Source: Candidatus Altimarinota bacterium
GTDB taxonomy: Bacteria > Patescibacteriota > Gracilibacteria > CAIRYL01 > GCA-016699755
Direction: 5' to 3'
NCBI GenBank assembly: GCA_963664295.1
Contig: OY760935.1
Span: 800,001 to 864,000 of the forward strand
Length of the DNA stretch: 64,000 nucleotides
Shown here: positions 19,256 through 29,883 of the stretch, one piece after another
How the letters are laid out: each line of letters begins with the position of its first letter
Position numbering within the stretch: position 1 is the first letter of the stretch
Made by a program: the position numbers and the translations under genes
The notes under the pieces: model-generated
Databases searched by the model: none
What the model was told of the DNA's origin: nothing
The model's input: the letters and a program-made list of their open reading frames with translations, nothing else

Positions 19256-22200
19256 TTACCAAATCTCTTTTCTTAGTATTTCAAGAACTTTTTCTCTTTT
19301 TCGAACACCAAGCACAAACAATGCAGAAGCAAATAATACTAGTAAACTTGCTGTGACACCTGTTGTTGGATATTTTGGTGGAACCATAAGAACTTTTAAT
19401 TCATCATCATCTTCTAGTCGAATTGATCCTTCGTTTGCTACCAATTCAGCCATATTTTTAATTGAAGTTCCTGCTTTTACTTCTGGCTTTACTCTTGCTT
19501 TATAGTGATAAACCAAATATTGACCAGGCCTAAGAATAGATTTTCTATAAATTAATCTATTATCTTTTAGCTGACCTTTTGGATGATCAGTCACCTCCAA
19601 TAAATTAGCAGGGATATTGTCTGTAATAACTACATTGTTTAGATCGTAGTCATTGGTATTACGAGCAACTATTGTGTATGTCACTTCTTGTCCTGGCTTA
19701 GCTGCATATACATTTACAACTTTTGAAAAAATTGCTTCTTCATCTGGTTTTTCAGGAATAATTACAGACAAATGAGCTTCATCTGTCTCGCCTATCCCCT
19801 CAGATTTATTAAGCTTATAAAGAACGCTATCCTCTCTTTCAAATTCAAGATCTTCGATAGTCACTCTATTTACGCCACTGCCTTCTCCGATATTATCTAC
19901 ATCTGCTGTAAAGGTGAATATTGTTGTGCCATTGGCATTCACTTTATCAAGTGAGAATGTTTGATCTTTTTCATTCCAAGTAGCACCTTCAACATCACGA
20001 ATATTACTTTGTTTAAAGTCACCTTCAAACACATCACTAATTACAACGTTGTCTGCTGAAAAAGTACCATTATTTTTTACTAATACTCTATATTCAACAT
20101 CTTGTTTTTTATTAGCTTTAATTGCTACTGCCTCAATTGCTGTATCAGCATTTTGCCATTTGCCATTGCTGTCTTTTACTTGTTTTTCAATATTTAATAA
20201 AATAGCACCGTAGATTGTGCGACGGCCACCACCGCCACCTCCGCCACCACCACCTCCACCAGAGGTGCGACCAACAATTACTACAGCTTCATCATCTTGA
20301 TCTATTACAACTCCAGATCTTTGAAGTTCAACTGTATTTTGTACATTTGAGGTTTGATTAACAGGAACAGTAGCATTATCAGCATACATTTGATAAGTCA
20401 AAGTCATGACTGAGCCAGGTTGCATATCTGTGATAACTACTCCACTTGGATCTGTAATCATGCCACCTGCGTTTCCAGTGTTAATTGGATTAAAGCTCAT
20501 TTGATGCAATGTTGGACTTGTAAATGATAAAGTTCCACCGTTATCACCTTCAAAAACATTATCTGCATCATTAGATAAAGTATCTATTATTGATAAATTT
20601 TGATTTGTATTACTTAAATTTTCTACTGTAATTGTGTAGGTTGTATTTTCACCATTTACCAAAGAAGTGTCATCAGCAACTTTAGTAATAGTTGGCTCAA
20701 GAACTGGTATAGAAATATTCACAAGTGCATTGTCTGTTGCTCTTCTTATTGGACTTGTTGATTCAAGTGTTGCTATGTTTTCAAATTGATCATTTGGCAA
20801 AGAAACATTATTTACTACTGCTGAATAAGTGACTTCTTGTACTCCATCAGCAGGACTAAGAGGTCCTCCTAAATTACAATCAATTTCATCAAAAATACCG
20901 TCTGCATCTATATCAACAGGAGAACATCTGTTGTCACTAATACTGCCACTGTTAAGCGTAATTGCAACTTCATCAAAATCATCTTCAAGAGTAATTCCAT
21001 CAACAGAAAGACCAGACACGCTTTCAACATGATAAGCAAGACGGTAATAAACCGTATCACCTACTTGTGCTGTTGCAGTAGGATTAAAAGGTCCTGCCTG
21101 ATTAAGTGAAACTCCTTTTTCAAGACGTAAAAATGGTTCTTGAGGAGGATTCATTGTGATAGTTGTATTACAAGTACTACTAGCACCATTAATATTAAAA
21201 ACTTCCATTGTATATGTTGCATCTGCTGTCAAAGTAGGTGTGTCACCACTTCCGTCAGCAGTATATGGATCATGATTTGAATCTAAATCATCTGGTGTCA
21301 TTGTTGCAGTATTAACAGGGCCTTCAAGATCCCAGGTTAATGTTGCAAATTCTCCTGGATCAATTGGTCCACTATTTGTCAAAGTACAAGTTGGTACATC
21401 AACAGGAACAACATTAAGAGTATAAGGACATTGTGTTGTTAATGTCTCGTCTGTATTTGTTGCAGGGTCAACAACATGAGCACCTGTCACATCTAAAGCA
21501 TAATCAAAAACTTCCGCCTGGTTTTCATCTGCTAATCTTGGTCCAGACAGAAAATTTCCAGCACCACTGTTTGTAGCTGGATCAATTGTTAAGGTACCAA
21601 TTCCCTGATTTACTTCTGCGCTAACTGCATAATTAGCTGTCCAATCAAAAGTAGCACTATCACCATCTGTGATAGTATGACTATTTCCTTGTACGCCAGG
21701 GATTTGACAGCTACAAGTTGGACGAAGAAAAACAGAATCATCACAAGTAATAGTTGTTCCATCAAGACCAACTACTTCTAAAGAAGCTGTTGTTTCCATT
21801 TGATCAAGAGCCTGTGGCACTGTGTCATTATTATTTGAGCCAGTTAAAAAATAGTCTTGACCACCATAAGTCAAGGTTGCTGATTGCGCATTTGTAAACG
21901 ACCAATTAAAACTAGTGTCATAAATACCTGCATCCATAATTAAATTAGCATACTCAAGACTACAAGCAGGAGGGCCAATAGGCACAACACTGATATTTGC
22001 AGTACATTCTGTTTGCATAACACTCGCTGGATCATTTGGATCAGTCTGTGCACCATACACAGTCAAAACATACGGATTATCACCCAAAGGAGGAGTTAAT
22101 CCGCTTGCTGTACCGCTATTATTATTTTCACTGTTTGGTTGCAAATTGCCAAGATCAGGATTAGTCATAACCATAGAAGCATGTGTAAATGCCCAATCCA

Positions 22201-23785
22201 AACTTGCAGACTGTCCTTCGGTTATTGTTTGTGTTGCCGGAGTCAGCGAACAAGTTGGACGAATAAAAACAGTATCACTACAGGTAATAGTAGTTCCATC
22301 AAGACCAACTACTTCTAAATTAGAAATTGTTTCTGTCAAAGTTGGAATAATTCCTGATGATGAACCACTGCCATTTCCACTTGCATCAGGGGTCAAAGCT
22401 GTGCCATCAAGGTCAGCTGATACAGCATTTGTAAATGAATAATCAAGAGTTGTTTGTTCTCCTTCATTAAGAAGGTCTGGTGTGTATGTCAGGCTACAGG
22501 TAGGAGCACCTGCTGGAACAATACCTACTGTAGCAGTACTACTATCTGATCCAGCAGGGGTTGTCATGTCAATATCTGCCGTATTAGTAAAACTACCACT
22601 AGTGCCTGTAATTTCTGCACTATAAAGAATTGTTTCAGTATTATTTGCTGGCAAATTAGCAATATTACATACAATCTGGGTACCATCAGGTGTACAACTA
22701 GCATCTCCCTCGTCGATTATAGTAATACTATTTGGGTCTAAATTACTCTCATCAAAATTATCAGTAATAGTAATTCCTTGCCCCGCAGTGTTAGTATTGC
22801 TATTTACCTGATATGTAAGTTGATAATAAACCGTGCTACCTGTTGGTGCTGATGTGGCAGTAAGAAAAGGGCCTCCTTCGCTAGTGGAAACGCCTTTTTC
22901 AATATCTATAGTTGCATCAACAACCTCAACATCAGCAGTACAAGTGCCAGAACCATTGTCATTAGAAATATTTAATGTAAAAGTTTGTGAACCTACATTG
23001 TTTAATGGATGACTGTAACCACTTCCATCAACAGTATAATCATAATTTTGTGATAAATTAGGACTCATAGCTCCGTTATTTACTGTGCCTGTTATGTCCC
23101 AATTTAAAGTTGCCTGTTCACCAACTTGTAAAATATTGTTATCAACAGTTAATGCACAAGATGGCTCTGCACAGGCCTCCCATTTTCTTTGTATCGGCAC
23201 TGATCCACTAGCGTCATGTTGAGTTGAATGAGGATCATTAGGGTCTTCTAAATAAAAAGCTTTAAAATTAACTCTCAAAGTATAATCTCCAAGATCAACA
23301 CCTGGTTTTGGCTGAGTGCGAATCATAACATAGGCACACTGAAATTTTTCATCATCACCTAATGCGGCTTGATTATAACAATTATCTTGAGTAATAGCTT
23401 CTGATCCATCACCAGGCACCCTCCATGTAATAATATTATTATTAAAACCTACAAAATATTTATCAGAAATACCATCTCCATTTGGATCAATATCCTGACC
23501 ATTTGCATACACATGATCAATGTCAACAAAATCAAGTTGATCCGCAACATTGCTTAGGTCTAATGTTGCTTCGTAATAATAAATTGCCTGATTTGTATTT
23601 GCATCAGGGCCATATGTCCAAAGAGTTGTCACTGGACCACATTCGCCAGTTTTGCCATTATCTGGTTGAATGGTTAGATCTGCTTTAAACAAAGAAGAAT
23701 CTTGATAAAAATACAAAAATACTGCTCCCAGCACTATTATTAGTGTGGATATTAAAACAGCCTGAATTTTTTTATTTTTAAACAT
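19256..23785 (-). CDS. Large surface protein with DUF11/Ig-like domains, Cys-bracketed repeats, poly-Gly linker and LPxTG-like tail (1509 aa)
   Basis: N-terminal TM, repeated EKGVS...G.TVYY.L.Y...D...FTN.A modules, PTCSL...TC modules, a SGGGGGGGGGGG linker, and YPTTG + hydrophobic + basic tail. Confidence 0.8.
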   Translation of the reverse strand: MFKNKKIQAVLISTLIIVLGAVFLYFYQDSSLFKADLTIQPDNGKTGECGPVTTLWTYGPDANTNQAIYYYEATLDLSNVADQLDFVDIDHVYANGQDIDPNGDGISDKYFVGFNNNIITWRVPGDGSEAITQDNCYNQAALGDDEKFQCAYVMIRTQPKPGVDLGDYTLRVNFKAFYLEDPNDPHSTQHDASGSVPIQRKWEACAEPSCALTVDNNILQVGEQATLNWDITGTVNNGAMSPNLSQNYDYTVDGSGYSHPLNNVGSQTFTLNISNDNGSGTCTADVEVVDATIDIEKGVSTSEGGPFLTATSAPTGSTVYYQLTYQVNSNTNTAGQGITITDNFDESNLDPNSITIIDEGDASCTPDGTQIVCNIANLPANNTETILYSAEITGTSGSFTNTADIDMTTPAGSDSSTATVGIVPAGAPTCSLTYTPDLLNEGEQTTLDYSFTNAVSADLDGTALTPDASGNGSGSSSGIIPTLTETISNLEVVGLDGTTITCSDTVFIRPTCSLTPATQTITEGQSASLDWAFTHASMVMTNPDLGNLQPNSENNNSGTASGLTPPLGDNPYVLTVYGAQTDPNDPASVMQTECTANISVVPIGPPACSLEYANLIMDAGIYDTSFNWSFTNAQSATLTYGGQDYFLTGSNNNDTVPQALDQMETTASLEVVGLDGTTITCDDSVFLRPTCSCQIPGVQGNSHTITDGDSATFDWTANYAVSAEVNQGIGTLTIDPATNSGAGNFLSGPRLADENQAEVFDYALDVTGAHVVDPATNTDETLTTQCPYTLNVVPVDVPTCTLTNSGPIDPGEFATLTWDLEGPVNTATMTPDDLDSNHDPYTADGSGDTPTLTADATYTMEVFNINGASSTCNTTITMNPPQEPFLRLEKGVSLNQAGPFNPTATAQVGDTVYYRLAYHVESVSGLSVDGITLEDDFDEVAITLNSGSISDNRCSPVDIDADGIFDEIDCNLGGPLSPADGVQEVTYSAVVNNVSLPNDQFENIATLESTSPIRRATDNALVNISIPVLEPTITKVADDTSLVNGENTTYTITVENLSNTNQNLSIIDTLSNDADNVFEGDNGGTLSFTSPTLHQMSFNPINTGNAGGMITDPSGVVITDMQPGSVMTLTYQMYADNATVPVNQTSNVQNTVELQRSGVVIDQDDEAVVIVGRTSGGGGGGGGGGGGRRTIYGAILLNIEKQVKDSNGKWQNADTAIEAVAIKANKKQDVEYRVLVKNNGTFSADNVVISDVFEGDFKQSNIRDVEGATWNEKDQTFSLDKVNANGTTIFTFTADVDNIGEGSGVNRVTIEDLEFEREDSVLYKLNKSEGIGETDEAHLSVIIPEKPDEEAIFSKVVNVYAAKPGQEVTYTIVARNTNDYDLNNVVITDNIPANLLEVTDHPKGQLKDNRLIYRKSILRPGQYLVYHYKARVKPEVKAGTSIKNMAELVANEGSIRLEDDDELKVLMVPPKYPTTGVTASLLVLFASALFVLGVRKREKVLEILRKEIW

Positions 23786-23838
23786 TTTATTTTATAAAAT
23801 TTTGTTTTTATTTTTTATTTAATTTTTAATTATTAAAA

Positions 23839-26800
23839 TCATGAAATATTCACAGTTGGTCCTGAAGGATTTTCTTCAGGATTTGCATTAATATCACCAT
23901 CTACACGACCAGCACTTCCGTCGCCGCCTGGCCTTATTTCTTGACTTGCATCTCCTGCTCCCCCTGCTTGTTTTCTTATGTTAATCTCCACATCTTCTTC
24001 TCTTCTTCCTCCTGCTAATGAAATTGTCCATATATCTTTGTATGGTTTTAGTGGATCAGGCATTACTGATGTTCTTATAATTTTAGCTTTTCTAAGGAAT
24101 GTCTTCATTTCTTTGATGTCAGTATCAACACCAAAACTAAGGCCATGGGCAATAACTGGATTAAAACATTCAAATTCTTGCCCTCGAGTTCCATAAGAAA
24201 ACCCAACAACAGCATTAAGATCAAAACTTAAATTTACTATTTTCTTTTCACCAGTTTGCTTATTTTCAATTTTAATTAACTCATATGTATCAATTTTTTG
24301 GTTCTTTTTTAATTTTTTAAAAATCTCGTTAACAATTTCTTTTATGTTTGCGGGATTTTTTAAAAAATTAGCATCATTACCAAGTGCATCTGCCCATTGA
24401 TCGAGCACTTTTTTTATTGCTCTTTTAATTCTTGCTTTTATGTCTTCTTCGTTTTGTTCAACATACAATTTTAATGCTCCCCTGCTATCTGCTAATCTTT
24501 TTGTCACAGTTGGCACCTCGTCTTTAAAAGCAGTAAATTGACGCAAGGTCACACCTCCTCCACCAATTCCCTTTCTTGCGAGCATGATTGCTGTGGAACC
24601 ATGTATTAGTGAATCATAATCAAAAAGTGATCCTGGTATTTTTGCCAATTCAGCTTTAATTGCAGGAGCTTCGCCATTAGTTCCATGTTGATAAGCTGAT
24701 CTCTGAAAATCTTTTACTGTGTCAAGTAAAGCTTTCATTTCATCTACCAATTTATGAGTCAAAGTATATGAATACCTAAATTGCTCCTGTTTTGGCAAAA
24801 GTCCTGCAACATCATTCACCATTCCACTTGCCCGAAGCATATCTAAGCTATTTCCATCAAAGCCAGCGTCTGTGGAATTGCGCTCATAAACTTCATTCAT
24901 AACCCTGCGCACAAAAAGATATTCTTTGCCTCCCAGGCTTGTTTTCTCTTCTTCAGTAAGAAGATTTAATATTTGACCTTTTATTGCTGAACGATCTACG
25001 CCTAGATCAACCCCATAGTCAATAATTAAGTTCAACAAAGCTATCTTTTGATTATCTTCTTTGATCGCAGTTGCCAATTCTTCTGCCTTTTGAATTTCAT
25101 CTTTTGTTAATTCGTAATCATAATTTTTTATATCCGCTGGCTCTGCTTCTAGCGACTCTGATAATAAATGCTTATCAAAACTTGCTCCATGAAAACCTGC
25201 CGGAGCTACTGCTGTTGCTTTCCCTTCCGCATTTAAACTTGCTCCATTATTATCAACACCATAATTATTCACTCTCACTAATTTAGTGTCTTGATGTCGA
25301 ACATAAAAACAATAAGCGGATTTATCAACAGTTTTTTGCACCTCAGCAAAATTAAAATCTGTAGTATTATCAGTAATAATCACGGTTCTTTCCGATCTTC
25401 CTGTGTGTGCAGAGAGATTTCCCACTCGCACAGAAGGTATATTTGCTTTAGCTTCATCAAGATTAGATAGTGGCCCTAAATCAATAAACAAACCATTTTG
25501 AGGCATAATAGAGTGCGCCCTATTTGCAAAATCTGCAAATTTACCAGCAAACATAATCTTAGTATCTTTTGCTGGATTGGTTTTTGGCATAACTTGCAAA
25601 TAATAACGACCGTTATCCGCATTTTTGTTTATATTTGTTTCCCAACCCAATGCATTAAATGGCTCTTTATATAAATTTTCTAATTTTTTTATAGTCAAGC
25701 TCTCTTTGTTTTCTATGCTTACTGATCCTTCTTTTTCTTCATCAATAGCAAACTCAAGCTCGCCATCACTTGTTGGCACTGTGTAATAGCTTTCTTGACC
25801 TGTTATTGTTTTATTTCTTAAAACAACTTTTTCGTCAGGAGTAATTTGATCCATAAGAGCCAATTGCTCCATGAGCTGTCTTTCTTTGCCAAGCAATTGC
25901 TCGCTATATCCTTTTGCATGATATTTTGTTCCTGTTGCAAAAGAAAGGCTCAAAAATGGCAAAATCATGCCATTAAGCCAAGCAGCTACACCAAGACTAG
26001 TAATAGGCGTACGAGGTATTATTCCTTTTGGTGAACCATCAATAATAGCCAACTTAATTCTTTGTCTTAACTCTGCAGGAGGTGGAGCATTTTCTCCTAA
26101 TTCTATATTTAGAGTTTTGCCATCAAAAGTAGCGTTTACTCCTTCTGTAGAAATTCTTTCTGCAATTTGGTTCCACATTGACCGAACCGGACTGCGCTCA
26201 ACACCAGCAAATCCCATAAAGCCCAAAGTGCTATAACCTCCACCAAGAAACAAACTCCATTCTTTACTATCTCCAAAATTATAATGTGCTGTCAATGTTG
26301 TTGCGCCAAATGTGCTTGTTGCGCCAGCTGCTGAAAAATCAAGTCTAAATTTTTCTGTATTAAAAATAGTCCAATTAACACCACCAGAAACAAATGGAGT
26401 GTATCCAACCTTTCCTGTGTCCATGTTTTCCTGCCTGCTTCCACCAACACCAAGAAACAAAACAAAACCACGACCAAGATCAATGGCCTTGTTAACACTA
26501 AAAGCAAAAAGAAGTTCTTCTTCTGTGCCAACTTCGTTTCCATGCTGATTAGATGTTTGTATGTCTGTCACTTGACCATAAAGCAAAGCATGATAAAGAA
26601 CTTGCGATTGTGCTTCCTGACTAAAACTTACTCCTTCTGGCATTTCTTTTTTAATTTTATCAACAAAATAATTTGCAATAGCAATTTTTTGTAACACTTC
26701 TGCTTTTTCTTCTTCTCCTAATCCTAAACTATTAATATAAGCCTCTAATACTTCTTTTCCTTTTTGTGCTTTTTCATGCAAATCTGTAGGGTTAATTTTT

Positions 26801-28386
26801 GAAAACTTGAGCGCACTTCGAACTTCTTGGTTTTCTGCGAGTGGTCTTTGACTTGCTAAGCTAAAATCTTCTTTTCCTTTATTTTTAGGATTAAAATTTC
26901 TGCCCTCATACATTGCTTTTAAGCCAAAAATTACATTTTTTATTTTATATGTACTATTTTGAACACTTATCTCTTCATCAAGATCACCTTTCCCAAATTT
27001 AAAATTAGTTTTATATTTTTTTAATTTTGCAAGTTCTTCTTCATAATAATCTTCTTTTTCGCGAATTAACCAAATTTCTTTATCTAACTCATCAATTTGT
27101 TTTTCAATTTGTTTTCTTGCTTGTTTGTCTTTTTGCCCTTTTAGCGCAAGCTTTTTGTCTCCTATTTCTTGTTTTAAAGCTTTTATCAAGGTGTCTGCTG
27201 TGCCATCTTTTTTTGAATATTCTTCCATAAACTCTGCATATGCCTTACCTTTTTCACTAGCCAAATGCAATAATGCTCCAAATTTTTCCTCACTAAATTG
27301 ACCATTTTCATCTACACAAGCTGTGCGAATTTGATCATATAATTGAATTTCATCAACACCAATATCACCCATAATATTCACCCTTATTCTTTTTCCTCTA
27401 TCAACATCATCAACATTGGTTGATTTTTTAATGCCAGCTTCTATGTGTTTATCGTCATCAAAATTACAAAGTTGCCTCAAAGCAAGTTCATGGGAAGCTA
27501 AGGTTTCACCATCTTCTCCTGCAACTGCCAATCTGTCATTGCCTTTTGGCGCTTTTGCCATTTCATTAAAAGTAAGACCAGAAATTGCTTCGGCCAATCT
27601 TTTAAGATCTTCAATTAACTCATTTTTATAAATCCCGATTTCTGTCTTTCTTAAAGATGTTGATTCTTTTAAATAAATTTCATTCATCTTTTTTGCAAAC
27701 TCGTTTTCCGGCAAATCAACAATTGCCTCAATCAAATCATCATAGCTCACTTCTTTGTGCACTCCCCAAAAACCAGCTAATAAATTACGAAGAAACTTGT
27801 TGGTATTTGGACTAAGAACACCAAGTTTTTTCAAAGCATTCTCAACATGCTTAATACCATTAAGTCGTTCAAAATGGGAATTATCAAGCTGTTCACCACG
27901 CACACCTTTAAATCCATCAATAATTTCCTGATCTAGTTTAATTTTTTCATTTCCTTTGTCTAATCCTGCTTCAATTTGTTTTTCTGCAAGTTTTAATAAA
28001 TTTTTTTGCGTATCATCAACAACTTTTTGCATGTCTTTAAGTGCTTTTTCTAGTTTTTTTGTTTGTCTTTTGTCTAAACCTTGCCAAAATTGTGTTTCTT
28101 TTAGTATTAATTCATTTTTTGTAGCTTCTTCTGCGTTTTGTATTTTTTGTCTTAATTGCAAAATATTAATTTGCTTATCGTCTAGTGTAATTTTATGTTT
28201 ATCAATAATCTCCATTACTTTTGTGTGGTCATCTATAATCTCTGCACTTTTCGGATCATCATAAAGGCTTCTATTGACTGCACCAGGCATTGCAGTTTCT
28301 GGCACTGGCACTTTATTAAAACATCTTCTCTTCTCCAGCCAAAAAGAATTATAAAATCCTCTGTTTTTTTGCAATCTGTTTTTCAT
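23839..28386 (-). CDS. Large hypothetical protein (helical/coiled-coil N-half, Gly/aromatic beta-rich core)
   Basis: Uninterrupted ORF of about 1515 codons with normal codon usage. Likely ATG start at 28386, with a promoter at 28437-28465. Confidence 0.8.
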   Translation of the reverse strand: MKNRLQKNRGFYNSFWLEKRRCFNKVPVPETAMPGAVNRSLYDDPKSAEIIDDHTKVMEIIDKHKITLDDKQINILQLRQKIQNAEEATKNELILKETQFWQGLDKRQTKKLEKALKDMQKVVDDTQKNLLKLAEKQIEAGLDKGNEKIKLDQEIIDGFKGVRGEQLDNSHFERLNGIKHVENALKKLGVLSPNTNKFLRNLLAGFWGVHKEVSYDDLIEAIVDLPENEFAKKMNEIYLKESTSLRKTEIGIYKNELIEDLKRLAEAISGLTFNEMAKAPKGNDRLAVAGEDGETLASHELALRQLCNFDDDKHIEAGIKKSTNVDDVDRGKRIRVNIMGDIGVDEIQLYDQIRTACVDENGQFSEEKFGALLHLASEKGKAYAEFMEEYSKKDGTADTLIKALKQEIGDKKLALKGQKDKQARKQIEKQIDELDKEIWLIREKEDYYEEELAKLKKYKTNFKFGKGDLDEEISVQNSTYKIKNVIFGLKAMYEGRNFNPKNKGKEDFSLASQRPLAENQEVRSALKFSKINPTDLHEKAQKGKEVLEAYINSLGLGEEEKAEVLQKIAIANYFVDKIKKEMPEGVSFSQEAQSQVLYHALLYGQVTDIQTSNQHGNEVGTEEELLFAFSVNKAIDLGRGFVLFLGVGGSRQENMDTGKVGYTPFVSGGVNWTIFNTEKFRLDFSAAGATSTFGATTLTAHYNFGDSKEWSLFLGGGYSTLGFMGFAGVERSPVRSMWNQIAERISTEGVNATFDGKTLNIELGENAPPPAELRQRIKLAIIDGSPKGIIPRTPITSLGVAAWLNGMILPFLSLSFATGTKYHAKGYSEQLLGKERQLMEQLALMDQITPDEKVVLRNKTITGQESYYTVPTSDGELEFAIDEEKEGSVSIENKESLTIKKLENLYKEPFNALGWETNINKNADNGRYYLQVMPKTNPAKDTKIMFAGKFADFANRAHSIMPQNGLFIDLGPLSNLDEAKANIPSVRVGNLSAHTGRSERTVIITDNTTDFNFAEVQKTVDKSAYCFYVRHQDTKLVRVNNYGVDNNGASLNAEGKATAVAPAGFHGASFDKHLLSESLEAEPADIKNYDYELTKDEIQKAEELATAIKEDNQKIALLNLIIDYGVDLGVDRSAIKGQILNLLTEEEKTSLGGKEYLFVRRVMNEVYERNSTDAGFDGNSLDMLRASGMVNDVAGLLPKQEQFRYSYTLTHKLVDEMKALLDTVKDFQRSAYQHGTNGEAPAIKAELAKIPGSLFDYDSLIHGSTAIMLARKGIGGGGVTLRQFTAFKDEVPTVTKRLADSRGALKLYVEQNEEDIKARIKRAIKKVLDQWADALGNDANFLKNPANIKEIVNEIFKKLKKNQKIDTYELIKIENKQTGEKKIVNLSFDLNAVVGFSYGTRGQEFECFNPVIAHGLSFGVDTDIKEMKTFLRKAKIIRTSVMPDPLKPYKDIWTISLAGGRREEDVEINIRKQAGGAGDASQEIRPGGDGSAGRVDGDINANPEENPSGPTVNIS

Positions 28387-28529
28387 GTTTGTTTTTAATT
28401 TTTTCAAACTCCAACACTTAGAGTTTTAATCATAATATTATCTCATAAAAAAAACATTTTTGCAAATAAAACAATAGACAAAAACTTATTCTATGCCCTT
28501 TGTCAAACTGCCAAAAAACCGCACCAAAA

Positions 28530-28988
28530 TCAGTCTTCGAAGACTTTATTGCGAAATTTATTCAAATTATATTCAATTTTTTCAAAAAACGCCTCCCATC
28601 TCTCACGAGATTTCTTTTTTGACTCCCAGCCAACAGCAATTCCAATAATCAAAGACAAAAAAGCAGTAATTGCCCAAGCAAAATTAGCACCCATCAAAAA
28701 AGGCCCAAAAATCAAAACGCCAATCGCAACACCAGCTACAAAAGCCATGGGTAAAAGCAATTTTGATGATTCAACTTTTGCTTGCTTTGGTGGTGCTTCG
28801 GTCAAATTGAGCAAAAAATCCGCCGGAAGAATAATTTGATCACGATAGCCCCTTGATCTAACCAAAAAAGCAATATCTTTTGCATCACAATGTTTCACAA
28901 AATCATGCGCAGGTATTTCCACCTGTCTTGTTAACACAGTTTCTTCGATTGGTTCAATTCGCCTAATTTCAAATGGTGAATTACTCAT
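28530..28988 (-). CDS. Hypothetical two-TM membrane protein
   Basis: ORF with two hydrophobic helices. ATGA overlap with the upstream gene. Confidence 0.7.
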   Translation of the reverse strand: MSNSPFEIRRIEPIEETVLTRQVEIPAHDFVKHCDAKDIAFLVRSRGYRDQIILPADFLLNLTEAPPKQAKVESSKLLLPMAFVAGVAIGVLIFGPFLMGANFAWAITAFLSLIIGIAVGWESKKKSRERWEAFFEKIEYNLNKFRNKVFED

Positions 28989-29773
28989 GACAAAAGATTT
29001 TTTATTTTTGTTATTTGTTTTTCAAAATCCTGATCAAAATTAACAGCAAAACCGCCCCAAGCACCAAGAACAATGTCCGCCTCAATTTGCTCTAATTTAA
29101 AATTCACAAAAAGCACTGCTCCATTTTCGCTAATATTTCCCAAAAATGCTTTTTGCTCATCTTTTTCAAAGAAAAAATATTTTTCCTGCTCATCGCTAAC
29201 AAATTTATTTTCTATAAATAAATTTTCTAATTTTCTAATTTCTGGATTTGCTTCGCTAATTTTCTTTCCTTGTAAATATTTTTCTTTAATCAACTCGCTC
29301 TCTAGGAAAACAACTTGAGTATTTAAATTATTTACTTTGCTGTGCACTTCTTCTTTGTTTTCTGGTTTTTTTCTTGTGACTTTTTTTGATCCTGCAACAA
29401 AGACTCTCCTCAAAACATCAAAAATTTTTAAAGATATTTTTTTAATCCAATTTACAATTTTCATCGGATCAAGTCCTTTGTCTGCCCAATCCGAAATAAT
29501 CGGCACTCTCCAAAAAAGTCCATTATTTGCGTTAATAAAACCAGCAACTGCCACTAAGACAGTAATTACATTCAATTTATCCAAATCCCATGGCAAAAGC
29601 GCAATTAAAACAGCAATTAAAAACAAAATTGTTGCCTGCTTTGCGTGAAACTGAATAAATTCTGAGTCTTTTCGAAAATACAAAATCAAAGGCGCAAGCA
29701 CAAGCGTCCAGCTTGCTGCTGCAACATCTTTATTTTGCTCTATATCCTTTCTTTGTTCTGTATTTATTTCCAT
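28985..29773 (-). CDS. DUF4870-like membrane protein with C-terminal soluble extension
   Basis: DIEQNKDVAAASW...KDSEFIQFHAKQATILF...WRVPII pattern. Confidence 0.7.
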   Translation of the reverse strand: MEINTEQRKDIEQNKDVAAASWTLVLAPLILYFRKDSEFIQFHAKQATILFLIAVLIALLPWDLDKLNVITVLVAVAGFINANNGLFWRVPIISDWADKGLDPMKIVNWIKKISLKIFDVLRRVFVAGSKKVTRKKPENKEEVHSKVNNLNTQVVFLESELIKEKYLQGKKISEANPEIRKLENLFIENKFVSDEQEKYFFFEKDEQKAFLGNISENGAVLFVNFKLEQIEADIVLGAWGGFAVNFDQDFEKQITKIKNLLS

Positions 29774-29832
29774 TGTTTTATCATTATTCAATCTATTATC
29801 TCATATTTTTATCAAAAAATCAATGTTTAAAG

Positions 29833-29861
29833 TTGAGCAAAGCCCTTTTTTGTGGCAGAAT
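29833..29861 (+). promoter_or_regulatory. sigma70-type promoter of leuS (TTGAGC-N17-CAGAAT, extended TG)
   Basis: Exact 17-nt spacing. The same architecture occurs at many other gene starts in the window. Confidence 0.6.
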
Positions 29862-29883
29862 GTGCCAAGATTTTTAAATTATA

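Noticed and set aside
20224-20262. GC-rich CCA/CCG run as a regulatory or phase-variable repeat
   Set aside because: It encodes a poly-Gly linker with mixed codons inside the DUF11 gene.
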